Assembly (NCBI GenBank): GCA_015680685.1
Contig: MNCI01000606.1
Location: 51,134-115,133 of the forward strand
Length of the DNA: 64,000 nt
Direction: 5' to 3'
Source: Gnetum montanum
Taxonomy: Eukaryota > Plantae > Gnetophyta
The translations under genes and the position numbers were made by a program. The notes under the pieces were generated by a model that saw nothing but the letters and a program-made list of their open reading frames with translations, searched no databases and was not told the origin of the DNA. Shown piece after piece: positions 26,194 to 40,025 of the stretch. Each line of letters opens with the position of its first letter. Position 1 is the stretch's first letter.

Positions 26194-26381
26194 TACCCCC
26201 ATGACTAAATGAAAACGCGTCCTTAAATTAAACAAAATGAGGAATAAGTTCTTTACAAAATGTTGGGAAGGTGTGGAATTATTGAGTGACTCAAACAAAT
26301 AACAAATGGACTTATACATGTCACAGTGGTGTTTTTACAAAAATGTGGACACAACATTACAAGACACAAAACTGGGAAAGC

Positions 26382-29100
26382 TCATGTAGTTCCGAGAGGT
26401 GGTGGCTCCTCCATCAGTTGTTTTCTTTTTTCACTAGGTTTGTAAAATTTATAATGATTAAGGAACACCTATAAATTTTTTTCTTCTATCCTTGGATCAT
26501 ATACTATCTAGGCTACTGAACCAATATTTGTTGATGTCAGTACATCCTAAGGACATGGTAGTTGCAGAAACGTTTTGTTAGCCTTCCCATACGATGCCTT
26601 AAACTATCATTGCTCCTTTTCAAATGTCCTACCATTTTCTTTGAACTCATGATAATTTTTGAGTCTCCTGGCCAAGTCTAAAGTGACATCCTTTTAGCCA
26701 TGGTAGTGAGCTTTAACCACTTGAAGTTCTAAGTTTGCAACATGAAGTTTCTACATAGAAACATTTTTGTCTACAAACTCTTTCTTGTATAACACATAAG
26801 TGGTCACTACCTATTTCTCTAGCTTGCATGTAGGCTGACCTACTATTAACGTGATAAGGTTGGCATATCTAAGGTTAGCCAAAGCCATGTATTCTATCAA
26901 ATCCAAGATCTACAAGTCTTTGTTCTTCACTTCCGCTTGATGGACCAATGCATAACTATCTAGAATTGGCTACCAATAAAGATTCTATGCTGACATGGAC
27001 CTAATGTGGGCTTTAGCCATCTAGATTTCTTTTTTTTTTATCTACTTGTACAGGCCTACTTGGTCTCGAAAGTGTTCTTTCAGCTTTTCATGTTTCTTAG
27101 CCTCATTTTTCTACGTGCTTATTTCAATTGCAAACATATATTGAATGGCACAAACCTCCTCCATTGAGATGGCTCTCTTTTCCCTTGCCAATCTACTAAT
27201 ATCCTAGTTTACCCTCATCCATTACTCCCTCAACTGATGCACACTTTCTCTCAAAACATTGGTGGTCAACCATGAGTTCTCCATAGCGAGCTATTTATTC
27301 TCTTCTTATGTGGTAGTCAATGCCTTTTTATATGCATAACTTTACACTTCTACAACGAAGGCATTCCAAACCACCTTCTTTCTTTCATGCTCTGTAGTTT
27401 TGCTCTCCTCGATCAACTTGATCAGCTGCTCCATCTTGAATTTCTCTAGCTAGTCAAGCATGAAAAATCAAGTAGGGTCCCGTCATTCAACTCTCAGGGT
27501 AGCTAGCTCTTATTACAACCATTGCACTTCTTCTTCCACATGACTTGCCCTAGTCTTAGTAATGACCAACTTTCCCTTGGTGACTATGAGGTCTAATTGT
27601 ATTGCAGTGACATCATTGGGGATTTCAAATGAGATGGTCATCACTTCCCCTATCTACAAAAGTTGATCTAACACATCATCATGTGTCATAGGAGTTATCA
27701 AAGTCCCAACAAGCATTTGTGTATTGCTAGGTCCCATCAAACCAACTAGAGGCACAACAAGCACATTAAAAGACTCTTTAATATGATCTGTTATCATCTC
27801 TACTACACCTACCACATCTTGATGCTGCATGACCACTATTGTAGCACTTTCACCTATTTCAAGCATCACTTGGAAGGATGAGGTGTTATTAGAGATTTGA
27901 CATGACCATCGGGATTCTTCTCCTAATTGTAGTAAGATATGTTCCCTTGTTGGATTTGTTGAAATAATGGGCTACACAACATTATCAATGACTCTAAAGA
28001 GGCTTGATTTCTCTCTACTCATCTAGCTGAGCATTTCAACAATGTTTGTAAATGGCTCATTGCTGGCCTATAATCTAGTGGTGGTGGAGGTGAAACTTGT
28101 GGCTTGTGATGCTATTAAGGCTCTTGTTTAGCTTATTTCTTAGGTTCTTCTTCATTCACTAGTTCTACTTCTTCACCAAGGTCTTTCCTTGGTGCTACCA
28201 GTTTAAGTAATTTAGTGAAAGAAGCGTTCTGAGCCTTCCTAAAGATGTCATTTGTATACCCTAGGATTCCAGTGCACTTGCATAACTTTTAAATGAGATA
28301 AGAAAATGGAAGTGTTGGCTTCCCTACCTTTTTCTCTTCAAACCACCTTTGAATTTTTATGCAGTATAACTAGGGAAGGTTGGCCATGTATTTACCCATT
28401 AGTATGCCACTTCCCCTAGCTACATACATAGAGATCCTATTGAGCCCTTTTGGGGGGAAGAGGTGATATGTTCCTATCCTAAAATAGATCCTCTCCTCCA
28501 AAGTTAATTCATGATATGTTTTATCATCCTTGCTATACACTTGCCTCAGCCATAGCTTTCTAGTATCAGGGTTAGATCTTGTATATAGATGAGCTAACTT
28601 AGCCCCCTCATTTGGTAGATTAAGAGCTTTAGCAATTACTTTGACCAAGAATAAAACATTGACTTCGTAGATGTTGGCAGTGGTGCCTTCATCTTTGTTG
28701 TGCTAGAATTCATAAGTTTCACCAAGGTATCATTCACCATTGACTAAAATAATTGGCCACAAGGATGACATCTAAATTTTCATCTAAATGGATTTAGGAG
28801 TGAATTCCAAGAACAAGTTGAAGTTCATCTCCATGATGACTATGTTCAACATGGATTTCTCTTGAATTGCTTCAAGGCATTCCACAAAAAACATGAGGTG
28901 TTGTCCTTGCATGAGGACTAGTTGTACTACAACCTCTCCTTGGACCAACTATCCTATGATAGGAGCCTCTTGGTGGATACTAAATGATTAGGCTTCCTAT
29001 TCTTCATGATCTGCATGCTCACCTTACTAGCCCTGGCCATCCCTTGGCATTTGGGTGCTCCCTGCAAAGGTCCTCCTTATGTTCCTCATTTTGGGACCAT
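26382..29100 (-). pseudogene. Decayed ORF2 of E
   Basis: gattatAG|ATGGTCCCAAAA start; IAKALNLPNEG (28370-28648), TLPFSYLI..LC; coiled-coil tail collinear with D ORF2. Confidence 0.75.
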
Positions 29101-29441
29101 CTATAATCAATCAAAGATCAAATATTACTAAGGTATTTTTATGTATCATTAATAGGTTTATACCTTAATCATGGCCTTATTTTCATTATGTTCCTTAGTT
29201 CCTATGATTGTAGAGTTAGAAAAATTTTCAGCAAAGTGCCCAAAAAGTGTCTATTGTCTTTTTTGACCTTTTGCAATTAGTTCCTTTTTCCTTATGTGTG
29301 ACTTATTATGATAGTTATGGCCCCTTGGGTGTAAAAATTAAGGTTTTTAGCACTACCATGATTTATAATAGCCTTTGGGTGATAGAAAATTGTTAAAAAT
29401 TGGCACAAGTTTCCCACACAAGCACCCATCCACCCGCACCC

Positions 29442-30434
29442 NNNNNNNNNNNNNNNNNNNNNNNNNNNNNNNNNNNNNNNNNNNNNNNNNNNNNNNNNNN
29501 NNNNNNNNNNNNNAGTCCAAATGGCACAAAAATTAAAGTAGGAAAGAGTCAAATATCACAGGTAGAAGGTAATTTCACAAAGATTTGAGTCATGAGAGAA
29601 AACTAAAAAAACTCCCCTACATTAAAATGAAGAGAATGGATTTTGGAACACCTCATGGATCATATATATAGGTTTTGTTCAACCCAATATTAGGTAGTTG
29701 ATATTGGGGTCTAACAATATGCATTAAATGGAATAACTAAGCATGGAAAACAAAGCTCTATGATTAGTTGGAAGGATTAAGGTTAGGTCCATAGTTCTGA
29801 GGTAAGTAGAAAATTAAATTGAGGCACTGAAAGTGGTTGAAGATGGAGTCATNAGGGGGTCTAGACGCTTGATTTTAGCATGTTTTGAGGAGTGTTTGAG
29901 CCCCAAAAGTTGCTATACGCTGGGCCTTACGCTGGGCATGTGTAGGCCAGCGTACAGGATGTATACTTAGTGAAAACCAAGTATTTTGAGCTCAAAATTC
30001 GCCAAGTTTGATGCCAGATGTCCTCGTAGTCTTCTGTGGGTCCCAGGGANTTAGGCACTGAAGGGGTTGAATGCAATGCATGCCTGTGAAACAAAACACA
30101 CATATGAAAACCACCAATTTAAGATAATAACTCTATGTTACACAAAACCATAAGTTAGGATCATATGAACAGCAAGGTGAGATGGATTGTAGAAAGGATT
30201 ATAGAAATTGGAATGTNGGACATTACATTGTTTCATCCCATCAGCTGACAACTATAAGACTATCATAGTTTCTAGGAGTAACACTTGGCATTATGTCCAA
30301 GGGAGGAGTTNGGTCCAAACCACATTTTAGGTGTGCTGACCGAAATCGTCGGTGCGAGGCTGGAACGTTACAAGCACCGAAAGATCTGCGGACGAGCACG
30401 GTTGACCCTGCCTCCGCTTGAGGGCAAGCTGGAN
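29442..30434. other. Assembly gap and gap-filled patchwork
   Basis: 72-N run 29442-29513 and single N at 29853, 30050, 30217, 30311 and 30434 separating 90-340 bp pieces of differing composition. Confidence 0.9.
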
Positions 30435-31134
30435 GTGCCTTTTTAGGTTACTCTTACTCCCATTTTTTGTTAGATCTACATGGATATAATTACAACATTA
30501 GCAACATGATAAAACATACAGAAGTGGCCAAAGAGAATTCACAAATCCCCTTGATGTCACACCCTTCACATTCCCCCTTGGTTCTTCACTTTTCAGTCCA
30601 AGGACAATGATTATGAATTTATTTTTAGTCTCATGGTAAAAAAGAACGTCATTATGACCAAATCAAAAAACTCTTATTAATGGAATGAGTGGATGGATGA
30701 TGTGGTCTCACTGTCCAAATAATCAATCACTTATGACTCGACAACATAGAGAAAACCTCACCTCAATGGGCTACATGATTTTTTTATTCACAAGCAAGAT
30801 TACATAACAAAGAAAATGAAAAAAACAAATAGAAAAAGTTGGAAGGAACTGGAAAAATTGTATCAAGAAATAAGAAATTGATAAAAAATTGTAAAACAGA
30901 AACATGAAAAATAGATCTGAATCCTGAAGATTAAAATGGGGGGTAACCTCCACGAATAAACATTTCATCATGATAAGGATTAATAAGTGGGTAGATAGGA
31001 TCCATGCATGTATAAAACATTCATGATCATTCATTCCCAAGCCACTAGGTGTCTTTTGATGTTGTCGCAGCTAGGTAGGCAAATTTTTGGTCACACACTT
31101 GATTGTTAAATGTATGGTGGGTTAGGGTATGAAA

Positions 31135-31410
31135 TGTGTTAACATTATGAATGTATGGTCCATGATTGCATCCTTGATTATGATATGGTATGCATGCATT
31201 TTTTTGTCTTCCCACACTATTAGATTCATTGTGTTAGTCAGGTGTTGCAGTAACAATGGATAATGGCCCTTGTGTAACATTATGAATGTCTGGCCCATGA
31301 TTGCATCCTTGATTATGATATGGTATGCATGCATTTGTTTATCTCCCCACACTATTAGATTCATTGTGTCAGTCAAGTGTTGTAGTAACAATGGATAATG
31401 GCCGTTGTGT
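31135..31410. repeat. 135 bp tandem duplication downstream of E gag
   Basis: Two ~135 bp units (45-codon repeat visible in ORF 31122-31454). Confidence 0.9.
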
Positions 31411-33565
31411 AAGATCAGAGGATGGTGATGTTGAAAAGGAAGGCATTGCACCAAATTAGCATTATGCTGGTTCTAATGATGTGATTAGTTTATGAGTTTT
31501 TTTCTTTTTCCTGTGACCCTTCCTAAAGAAATGATTTTTTCAAGTTTTTGGTGGGAACCTAATGGCATTAGCATTTCTGTGCACATTTGTAGCACAAGTC
31601 GCATTCATTTGTTGATATTGGATTGTCAAACCTAACTATGGCATTGGTGGTGGCATGTAATGACGTGGAGTATGAGAATATCGAGGATAGGATGGATGGT
31701 AAGAGGTGCAAGATGGTGATTTCTCAAGGAATTTCATGGGTTGATGGTACTTGAGAGAGTGATAGTGGTGATTTAAAGTAGATAATGTAGAACTAGTTGG
31801 AGAAACAAGGTGTTAAACATAATAGCCATGCGATTTTGGCTAATAGAAAGGATAGGGTTGGTTTGGTGGCGGCCTTCCTCACAACTATGGGCTTTGCCAC
31901 TATAATTGATGACAGTGTTGAGGCTAGTAATAAGTCCTCATTGGATAGTACAATTAGTTGTGGAACTGTCTATAATTACCCTATGGGAGAGGAAATCTCT
32001 TGGGTATGTGCTTCTGTACAAACTTCATATTTAAGGAATCCACCCAATACTCATGTAGATGCAACAAGACTAGGCAATGGCCCTTCAAATGTTCATATAT
32101 GTAGATATCACATCCATTATCTTCCTCCGTAATCAAGTCTATAGCCTCACTTTCTTTAACCATTTTTCCTACTTGTTGAAAAGTGTTCCTAACTATTTCT
32201 TGGTCTTTCTTCCTTTGTTTACTGTGATCACCTAATTCATTTTGTATTAGATTCTCCTCTACCATTTCTATGAAAGTTGTAACATTTTCATATATCCATT
32301 TTGACATCCTATTAAACTTTTCTTCCAATTCATCAATAGACTTCTGCATCGGCAAGGTTTGTTGCAAAATCACCATATTGAGAGCTACCTCTTTCTCCGT
32401 ACCATAGATATGGATCTTCTTTTAAAGAGCTGGGTCCCAATGATTTTTCTCAACATTATCCCATTTTCATATCTCTCTTTCTTCTTTTTCCACATGCTCG
32501 ATTAGCTCTTAGATCTGATGGGTTTGTAGCTTGTATAATTGACTTGGGGCATACATCCTAAGGATCTTCCTTGTTTCATTACGAAGTCCATCTATGATGT
32601 GGAAGGTTCCCTTTCCTCAGAGAAACCATGGCTTGGGCATCTATTCAGTAGAGAATAATATATATCTAAGGCCATGTCCAAGGGTTCATGTTGTTCTTAT
32701 CTGCATCCTTGGATCTATCACCTTAGGTTGGACACCCTTGCATAGGTTTGGTATTTCTCATTGAAGAGTTCTAGCATTGTGAACCATCGTCTTATTGAAG
32801 TTGGTCTCAACAATCTATACCACACTTTGGCTCTATCAATTATTATCCTAGGAAAGATCTCAAGCATTCTTCACCTACTTTTAATGTTGTAGAAGGCACA
32901 GGCATCATGGAAGGCTTGTAAATAATGTTGTGAATCTAAATCATAGCCTCGTACAAATTTAGGGATATTAGTCATATCAAACCTAGGTAGTGACTCTCTT
33001 TGTGATGCCTATGAGATATCTTAACTACCTCTGTTATCTTCATCATGCTCTTAGCGACCAACAAGGATTCATCATCATCAGAGAGGTTGTGAGGAAAATT
33101 TCTATTCAGTTAACTATGACGATTTTTCCTATGTCCATGTTGATGACCTTGAGTGTTCTTGCAGGTTTGATTTTTGTTTCTATTCCAACCCTATAATGGA
33201 GCCTTATCTCCATACCTATGTTCATCTATGTTAGAACTATATTTTGAAGGGGGAGAGGAAGATTAATAACTGAAAGAATCACCATGGCTTCTATAGTTCT
33301 CCCTTAGGTCCTTTGATTTATCTTTTCTAGGTTCTGAGAAGGTCTTAGGCCTTGACGCCTCCCCTGGTCTAGGACTTACTTCATCTCCTTTAGGGTTATC
33401 TATCTTAGGTGAATGTTGTCTTTGAGTGTTGTTAGGATAGTCATGAACATATAAAACCCCTGCATAAGGGTCATTACTCCAATTTTCTTCACCATATATC
33501 TCGTTATTTCTCCAATGAATGCTTTCGCTATATAATGAATTATCACTTCCTTGTAAAAGAGACAT
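31400..33565 (-). pseudogene. gag: Decayed Gypsy gag of E
   Basis: ORF 33263-33565 N-terminus; LPRFDMTNIPKF..QHYLQAFHDAC..AKVWY core near 32800-32990; ORF 31981-32376; CYKC knuckle remnant ~31585-31600. Confidence 0.75.
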
Positions 33566-33671
33566 TGTTGTTGGTTTATGATGTGTGTGATTTAATATTG
33601 TTCTAAAATATATATCGTTAATGTGTTTACAGCAATTGTTTATAATACAACTAATCTAGATAACTAGCACC

Positions 33672-33685
33672 ATCCCTGACAATGG
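33672..33685 (-). other. Truncated/decayed tRNA-Asp PBS
   Basis: Minus strand ccattgtcaggga corresponds to (TGGCG)CCGTTGCCGGGGA with C>T/G>A decay; this PBS is typical of Athila. Confidence 0.6.
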
Positions 33686-34556
33686 TGATGAGTGGTGAGA
33701 TACCCCTATGTCCAACCATATGAATCACAAACATTCATGCACGATCTAGTTGAATTCTATGGATGGGACTAGTTTTGTATCTAAATCGTTATGCTCTAAT
33801 CATAGTTCACTATCTTCCCACCTAGACTAGTGGTAGCTTTGTCATGTATGGTTTAGTCTACAATGGGGCATATGATGGTGTTGTCTAACTCTATGCTACT
33901 GCTAATGAAAATAAAGAGATTAATTAATCAAGCTAAGTAATGATGGAAAGTAAAGTCTAAACTAGCCTACATGCAATGAGTATCCATTCTCAATCATCCA
34001 TACATGCCTTGGACTTCGTATAACTACCACAGGGATTGCCAAGTGTACATCCCTAAGCTTGCCAAATAATACACTACTGGTTTACCAAGTAATTACACTT
34101 AAGCATTCGTGATTAAGTTGTACTCATTTTGCTTAATGACAGGAATAGTAAATAGAAATAAATGAAAACATTAACTAAAGAAAATAGTAAATGATCAAAC
34201 AATTAAATCAATAATAAATCTAAGTGGATTCTACAATGATGGGAGTAATCCCGATATTTATTTCTAGTCATGTAACATGCCCAAGTATGTCACACTTGAA
34301 CGAAGGTGTCATACAATTACAAACATCACACTACTGGCATGCATTAGGGACAAAGAATTGGGAATCAACAATCTATGAAATAGCTAACAAAAAATATATC
34401 CCAACCATGCAACCAAGTGTTGTATTTATAGGCTAGCATGGAGGAGATGATATCAGATATCCAACATTGTTTCTTGGGACCTAATATTGTGTATCTGATA
34501 TCGAGGCCTCAATATCAGATATCTAATATCGGGGCTGACATAATCATGACTCATCA
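33686..34556 (-). repeat. 5' LTR of E
   Basis: Inverted termini TGATGAGT...ACTCATCA; GATATC motif array 34447-34532; TATA ctataaat at ~34424-34431. Confidence 0.9.
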
Positions 34557-36370
34557 CCATGGTAAAGGAGAAGTGGAGACATGCTTCAAAATTAAAAGAA
34601 TGCAGGAATGATTCAAAGCTAAAAAGTTCCTTACTACAAACAATTATGTTACCTAGATTAATTCTCCACCTTTTAGAATGATTTCTTAGTTGGTTAAAAT
34701 ATGTGTAAAGAAGATCATTCTCCTTAGATGGTTAAAATATGTGATGGTCTACATCCACCATAAAACTCTACTCAAACTCTAGGTGGTAGAGTAATTCTAT
34801 TAATCAAAGAAAAAAATTACAAGGTTTCTTTTACAATCTTGAATTGATCACAAACCCAACCTCAAAGTCATAGAAGATAGCTTTGATAGCATAGCAGGAG
34901 AGGAAATACTCTACCTTATCTCAACATAGAGACTCTAGGGCTTTCCACACTTTCTGAGAAAAGAAGACACAAAGCTTTTACAGAGAAGAATAGAGAGAGA
35001 AGAAGAAGAAATCTTAATTCTAGCAGAAAGCTTAAAACTTGAACATTCACACGAAGCATGACTACTTCAATTTATAGTTGTCATCCCTTTTAACCATTTT
35101 TAGATTCGTTCTTCCAACTGTTGTCATTCCACTAAAGAAAGTGCGAGAGGAAGAAATGTTGTAGCAATGACTAATTTGTTGCAAAGGAGTATCTAAAGAA
35201 GAAACTATCATACTCATTGTATCTAACCTTCCATTACTTCTTTCATAAGATTCAGGTGAGCCTTAATTGCTAAGTGAAGGAGAAAGAAATTTGTCATTTT
35301 AACTTTGGTGCTAATGGCTCCTTCCTACGTAAATCACTAGCTCTACATATAATAGCTCTTTAGGCTTCAATAGACTCCCCTATATTCACTAGTGGATTCA
35401 GCTTACTTCTACAGCCATATTGACTTTGCCTTTTCTGTAAGAATAGATTTGTTGTATAAGCTTATGTTATCCCTATAGACAAAATCTTTGTTGTAGCTCA
35501 TGTAGATCTAAAACCTGGTTCTTTTGCTTGGGCTGAAATGGCAATGATCCCTTCAAGGAGGATTAGAAGCTCTTGATTTTTCAACTTTTCTTAGTTCTAT
35601 CATGTGGTAATAGAACTGATGTGGCAAAGCTATTTACATGAGCCAAGTAGAACTAGAAACTAGTTATAAATATCAATTCTAGATGTTGATGTGGTGGGGC
35701 ACTTCACAAGATTGAAATTGATTCAAAGGTTTTTAAAAAATGTTGAAACTGAGCTTTTCCAAAAATGTTTAAATCAATATTTTCTAAAAAAAATTTAAAT
35801 CAAGATTTTTGAAGGGATGCTAGCATGGTATATTAGTTCAAGCAATCCCTTCTAGAGTAAAAAAGCTATTCTACAAGCTAATTCTATTGAGAACTTTTCA
35901 TCTTCAGCTAACATGGTAGAGAAAATTCTTATTCCTCTTGTAATAGGTTGATTCTATTTGGCATTACCTTTTTTGGTTGATGTGGTAGAGCTATTTTCAT
36001 CATCAAAAATAGTTCTATGTATTGATCCTTTTTGCTAAGTTGGAATAAAAGAATTTTTAGCACATGTCTTAGAGCTTTTTAAATGAAACTTGGTCCCACA
36101 TAGTTCTACTACTAAAAGTTGATGTGGTAGAGCTAGGTTAATGAGCCCTTCATAGAGTGAGAAAATGGATCTACAAACTAATCCTATTATGTGCTTTGCT
36201 TTCATGGGCTGACATAGTAGAGTTTATTTTCATTTCTTTTATAGAATTAAAAATGGATTCTACAAGATGACTCTTCAAGATGATCTAGAAACAAATTTTA
36301 AGCACATGAGTTCTAAATAAGAGGATGACATGGAAGAGATAAATTGCTCACGTCCTTCATAAACCAAAGC
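34557..36370. repeat. Unclassified repeat (possibly a large LTR) rich in CATGGTAGAGCT/TTCTAC motifs; continues at 50590-52000
   Basis: Dozens of degenerate motif copies; a minus-strand TATA at ~35069-35077 next to a GA-rich tract. Confidence 0.45.
35700..36370 (+). repeat. Left copy of the ~660 bp direct duplication flanking element B
   Basis: Collinear with 50590-51244, from caagattgaaattgat to ccttcata.accaaagc. Confidence 0.88.
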
Positions 36371-38150
36371 CACCAATGTTTGATGGTTTTGACTTTGCTT
36401 ATTGGAAAGTTAGGATGTAGCACTTCTTCAAATCAATGGAGTTTAAAGTATGGAAGTCCATCCTCAAAGGCAACACATCACCCATCGACAGCACAATAGA
36501 AGCCATAAAGCCTAAGAACAAATGGACACAAGAATAAAGAGATAAGTTCATGCATGAATCAAAAGCTAAATATTGTTTATTTTGTGCATTGAATAAGTTT
36601 TAATTTAATAGCGTAGCTAGATGTAAAATGGCCAAAGAAAATTGAGAGACTTTAGAAGCTACATATGAAGGAACCTCAATATTTAAATAATCTAAATTGT
36701 TAGTGTTCCACAGTGAGTATGATAAGTTGAAAATGAGAGAAGATGAGAAAATAATAGATTACTTCTGTAAAGAAAATGATCTGGTTGTGGTCATTGGAGG
36801 TACCAGTAAAAACTTTTCCAAAAGCGATGATATAATAAAAATGAATAGGACTTTACAACTGGAATCTAGGCCAAAGTGACTACTATGGAAGAAATCAAGG
36901 ACTTTTCAATTCTTAAATTTGAAGGGATTCAAAGTGGTCTTATTGCTTATGAAATGAATCTCATAAGCAAAGGAGCTCTTCAAGAGAAGCTGCCCATTGC
37001 CCTTAAATCAGCAACTAAGGAGAAGGAGCCTAATGAGCCAAATGACGATAATGAAGAGGAAATAGCCTTTCTCTCAAGAAAACTACAAATACTTATATCA
37101 AAGAGGGATTAAAGCACCAATCAGTAGAGATCAAATCCATTCAAAGGTAAAGAGATAGGTAAAAATCCATAGAATGTTGGGTTTGTAGTGGAAGAGGCCA
37201 TGTGGCCTCCATATGTCCTAGTAATGGTAGGTTATAGAGAAAGGACAAAAATAATGAAAATATGAAAAAGACCAATTTCTACACATGTTGGGACAATGGA
37301 GAACAAAGTGAATAAGAGGTGGAATACGATGTAAAAAATTCACATCTCATCTATATGGTTCTCATAGATGATGATGCTGACACCTTGGATGATGAACTCA
37401 ATGAAGAAGAAAGGTTTGATTTGTCATGTAATGAATTATTATCCTTTCAAAATATTTTCACAAAATTAAATAAGCAATTTAAAATAAAAGATCAAGAAAT
37501 TTCTTTATTGAGTTCAACAATTTTTAATCTTACTAAAGAACTCTTAAACCTAAGGGATGAGAATGAAAAACTAACCTTGCCCTATGAGCAAGGTAAAGTA
37601 GAAATTGCAGATGTCAAACTTGTAAACAAAAGGTTGGTAAAAGAAAAAGAGTCCCTTTAGATGGTATTGGAATAAGGAAGAAGTCCACATGACAAGAGTA
37701 GGCTTGGATGTTGTATGAAAGATGAATCACCTTTACCAACTCTATCTTAGGTGAATGTTATTCCAAGGAACAAAGCTTCTATATTCCAATCAAAAGAAGC
37801 TCCCATCCATTAAAAGGATCCTCAAAGGTTTTATCATTCTAATAACTCTTACTACAATAGGAGTGTTAGATGTTATTATTATCATAAATTTGGGCACAAG
37901 TAGTGGGAATGCAATTTAAAGTTCTATCATCTGAATAGTTGGTCATACATAGAACTCCTAGGTCTTACCAAAATGCACCAAGAAAGGAATCCATGCATGA
38001 CCATGGGAATAATTGGACCACACAAAAGATCAAGGAGATCAAGAAAGAATGGAGAGTCAAATAGAAGGGACAAGAGGACAAGCAGACTCTCTCCAACAAA
38101 TTCATAAGAGGGAGCCAAGCCTTGGACATTGAAGAAGCTCGATTAAGAAG
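36371..38150 (+). pseudogene. gag: Decayed Copia gag of B
   Basis: PPMFDGFDFAYWKVRM; ORFs 36697-37112 and 37319-37660; CWVCSGRGHVASIC (~37175); HDKSRLG; second knuckle at ~37870. Confidence 0.9.
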
Positions 38151-38309
38151 AGAAATCTCAAAAGAGCAATTTCTTTTTCTAGCATACTAAACACCTTCAT
38201 TTTTCAATAGGAAAGAAAGTAGGTAGAGGTAAATTTTTAATTTATTGTAAGCATCTATTAAGACTATTGTCCTATCCTTTCTTGAATCCCATCCTTATAA
38301 GCCTCTTCC

Positions 38310-38545
38310 AGAGGAGACATCTTCCTGAAGATGGCTACTTTTAACAAGAGACATATACTATGAGACATCTACTCCAAGTAAAAGATGTTTATTTTTCATC
38401 TCCTTCAATGAAAAAGAGATGTCTACTATGTAAGGAAGAGGTTTACTTAAAATTTTAATTACAGAAGAGACATCATCTTTTGCTAAACTATGGCTTCTTT
38501 TTCATCAAAAAGCCCCTGTTGGCGTGGTTATAAAAGATTCAAACC
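38310..38545 (+). promoter_or_regulatory. GAGACATCT motif array plus TATA-like box upstream of B ORF2
   Basis: Motif copies at 38310-38480 and TTATAAAA at ~38528; same motif in the LTR at 49700-49900. Confidence 0.55.
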
Positions 38546-38623
38546 CTTATTTTGTTCTTATTCTCTAAAGAAGACCCCATAGAGATGACCAAGGCTCCAC
38601 CAAGATCAGTGATTTCAGTAGCT

Positions 38624-40025
38624 ATGACCCACAAGAAGATAGGAACATCCATGACACCACTGAAGAAGAGATCAAAAGCAAGTTCCAACAACACACCAAG
38701 CTCCTACACACCTCAATTCAAAAAGACCAGTGCCTAGCACATGTTTAAGGTAACTTCAACCATGAATATACTTTATAAGCACTCCTTGTCTTTTCCCATG
38801 CACAAGCAACAAACTTTGATGGATTATTTTAAAGAGTTGAGCTGAAATGATTCTATTACTATAAATTTCCTAGTTCCAAAAGTGTTAATAAGAGAGTTTG
38901 ATTACAATATTATGATTTCCAATGATGTTTTTGGGGCATTCATGTCTATGGTTGGGGATCTTGTCATTGAGGTATCTCCCCAAGTTGTGAATGCACCCCT
39001 TGGGATTTCCAGTGCAAATGTTTTCTAAGTGACCATTGATACTATGGATGATATTTATATTCTTGAAAGTCATGATGAGTTTTGTAATGCCCTGTTTGGT
39101 GTGTCTTTTGATATAGGATGTATTCATAAGAATACGATGTCTCCTAATGCTTCAACTTTGTCCCATATTGTGCTCTATAACATTATTGTAAAAGGTAGAA
39201 GCTATAGCTATCGGCTACCACCCCAAGCTTTTGTGCTCTACTATCTCCTTACAGGGTAGCCACTAGATTTGAGACATACTCTTTGCTAGGACATGTTTAG
39301 TTTATATGCCAAGTAGAGAATCCTTAAACACATCTATCTCATTATCTTGTTGATACGTCAAAGGGGTGTACCTATTCCAAATATGCCTTTGTTCAAAGTC
39401 AAGAGAAGCTTAGAAAGTATGCTAAGAAGAGGAATCTTTATCATGTAACAAAAGTAGGAACAAGCACCAAGCCACCTCCATTAGAAAAGAAGAAGAAAGT
39501 GGCATCATCCTCTAGGGCCTCTCCTCATTTGAGTAGGTTCAAATCTATTGGGGCACAACTTAGATCATCCTTGAAGAAGCTCCTTTGAACGTTTTCTCAT
39601 GCTATCAGGATGCTTGGAAGGAATCAATCTTACTTTTGTAAGAGAATGGATGTTGCTACCATACCTATTCTTTTAGATGGATAGCATTTTGTGAAGGTCA
39701 CTACTCCTCCTATCTCTGATAGTGAGGAGGACATTCTTGCTCCACTAAGGTAATCTATAGCATCTGAACCTTCCCATGCATATGACTTAGGAATGGAGTC
39801 TAATTCTGAGCCTAATGCACCATCAACTCATGTCTAAGGTGAGCCTTATGTTTCCATGCATCCTAAGCATCATGATTTGACACATCCTGAGCATGGTGAT
39901 GCTCCCAAATCCTTTGAGAAATAGACCATGGAGAGTATCTTTGGAACCACATCCCAATGGGTACCTACTGATGTTAGTCATCAAAGGAAAGGAGCTTCCT
40001 CATCTTTCCAACAACCTCTAGCTTA
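38624..40025 (+). pseudogene. ORF2 of B, 5' part (3' part at 48837-49030)
   Basis: MTHKKIGTS..; MSPNASTLSHIVLYNII..QAFVLYYLLTG (39029-39259), homologous to A ORF2; sequence resumes after 48836. Confidence 0.8.

Larger units (their letters stand above)
25966..34556 (-). mobile_element. Element E: Athila-like Gypsy element (LTR-PBS-gag-UTR-ORF2-PPT-partial LTR); no pol visible
   Basis: 5' LTR 33686-34556, partial 3' LTR 25966-26193 matching 34340-34556, PPT catgggggta, decayed tRNA-Asp PBS. Confidence 0.82.

Noticed and set aside
29854-30433. GC/CpG-rich fragments as a horizontally acquired insert
   Set aside because: Read-length pieces between single Ns indicate gap-filling from paralogous repeats; unreliable.
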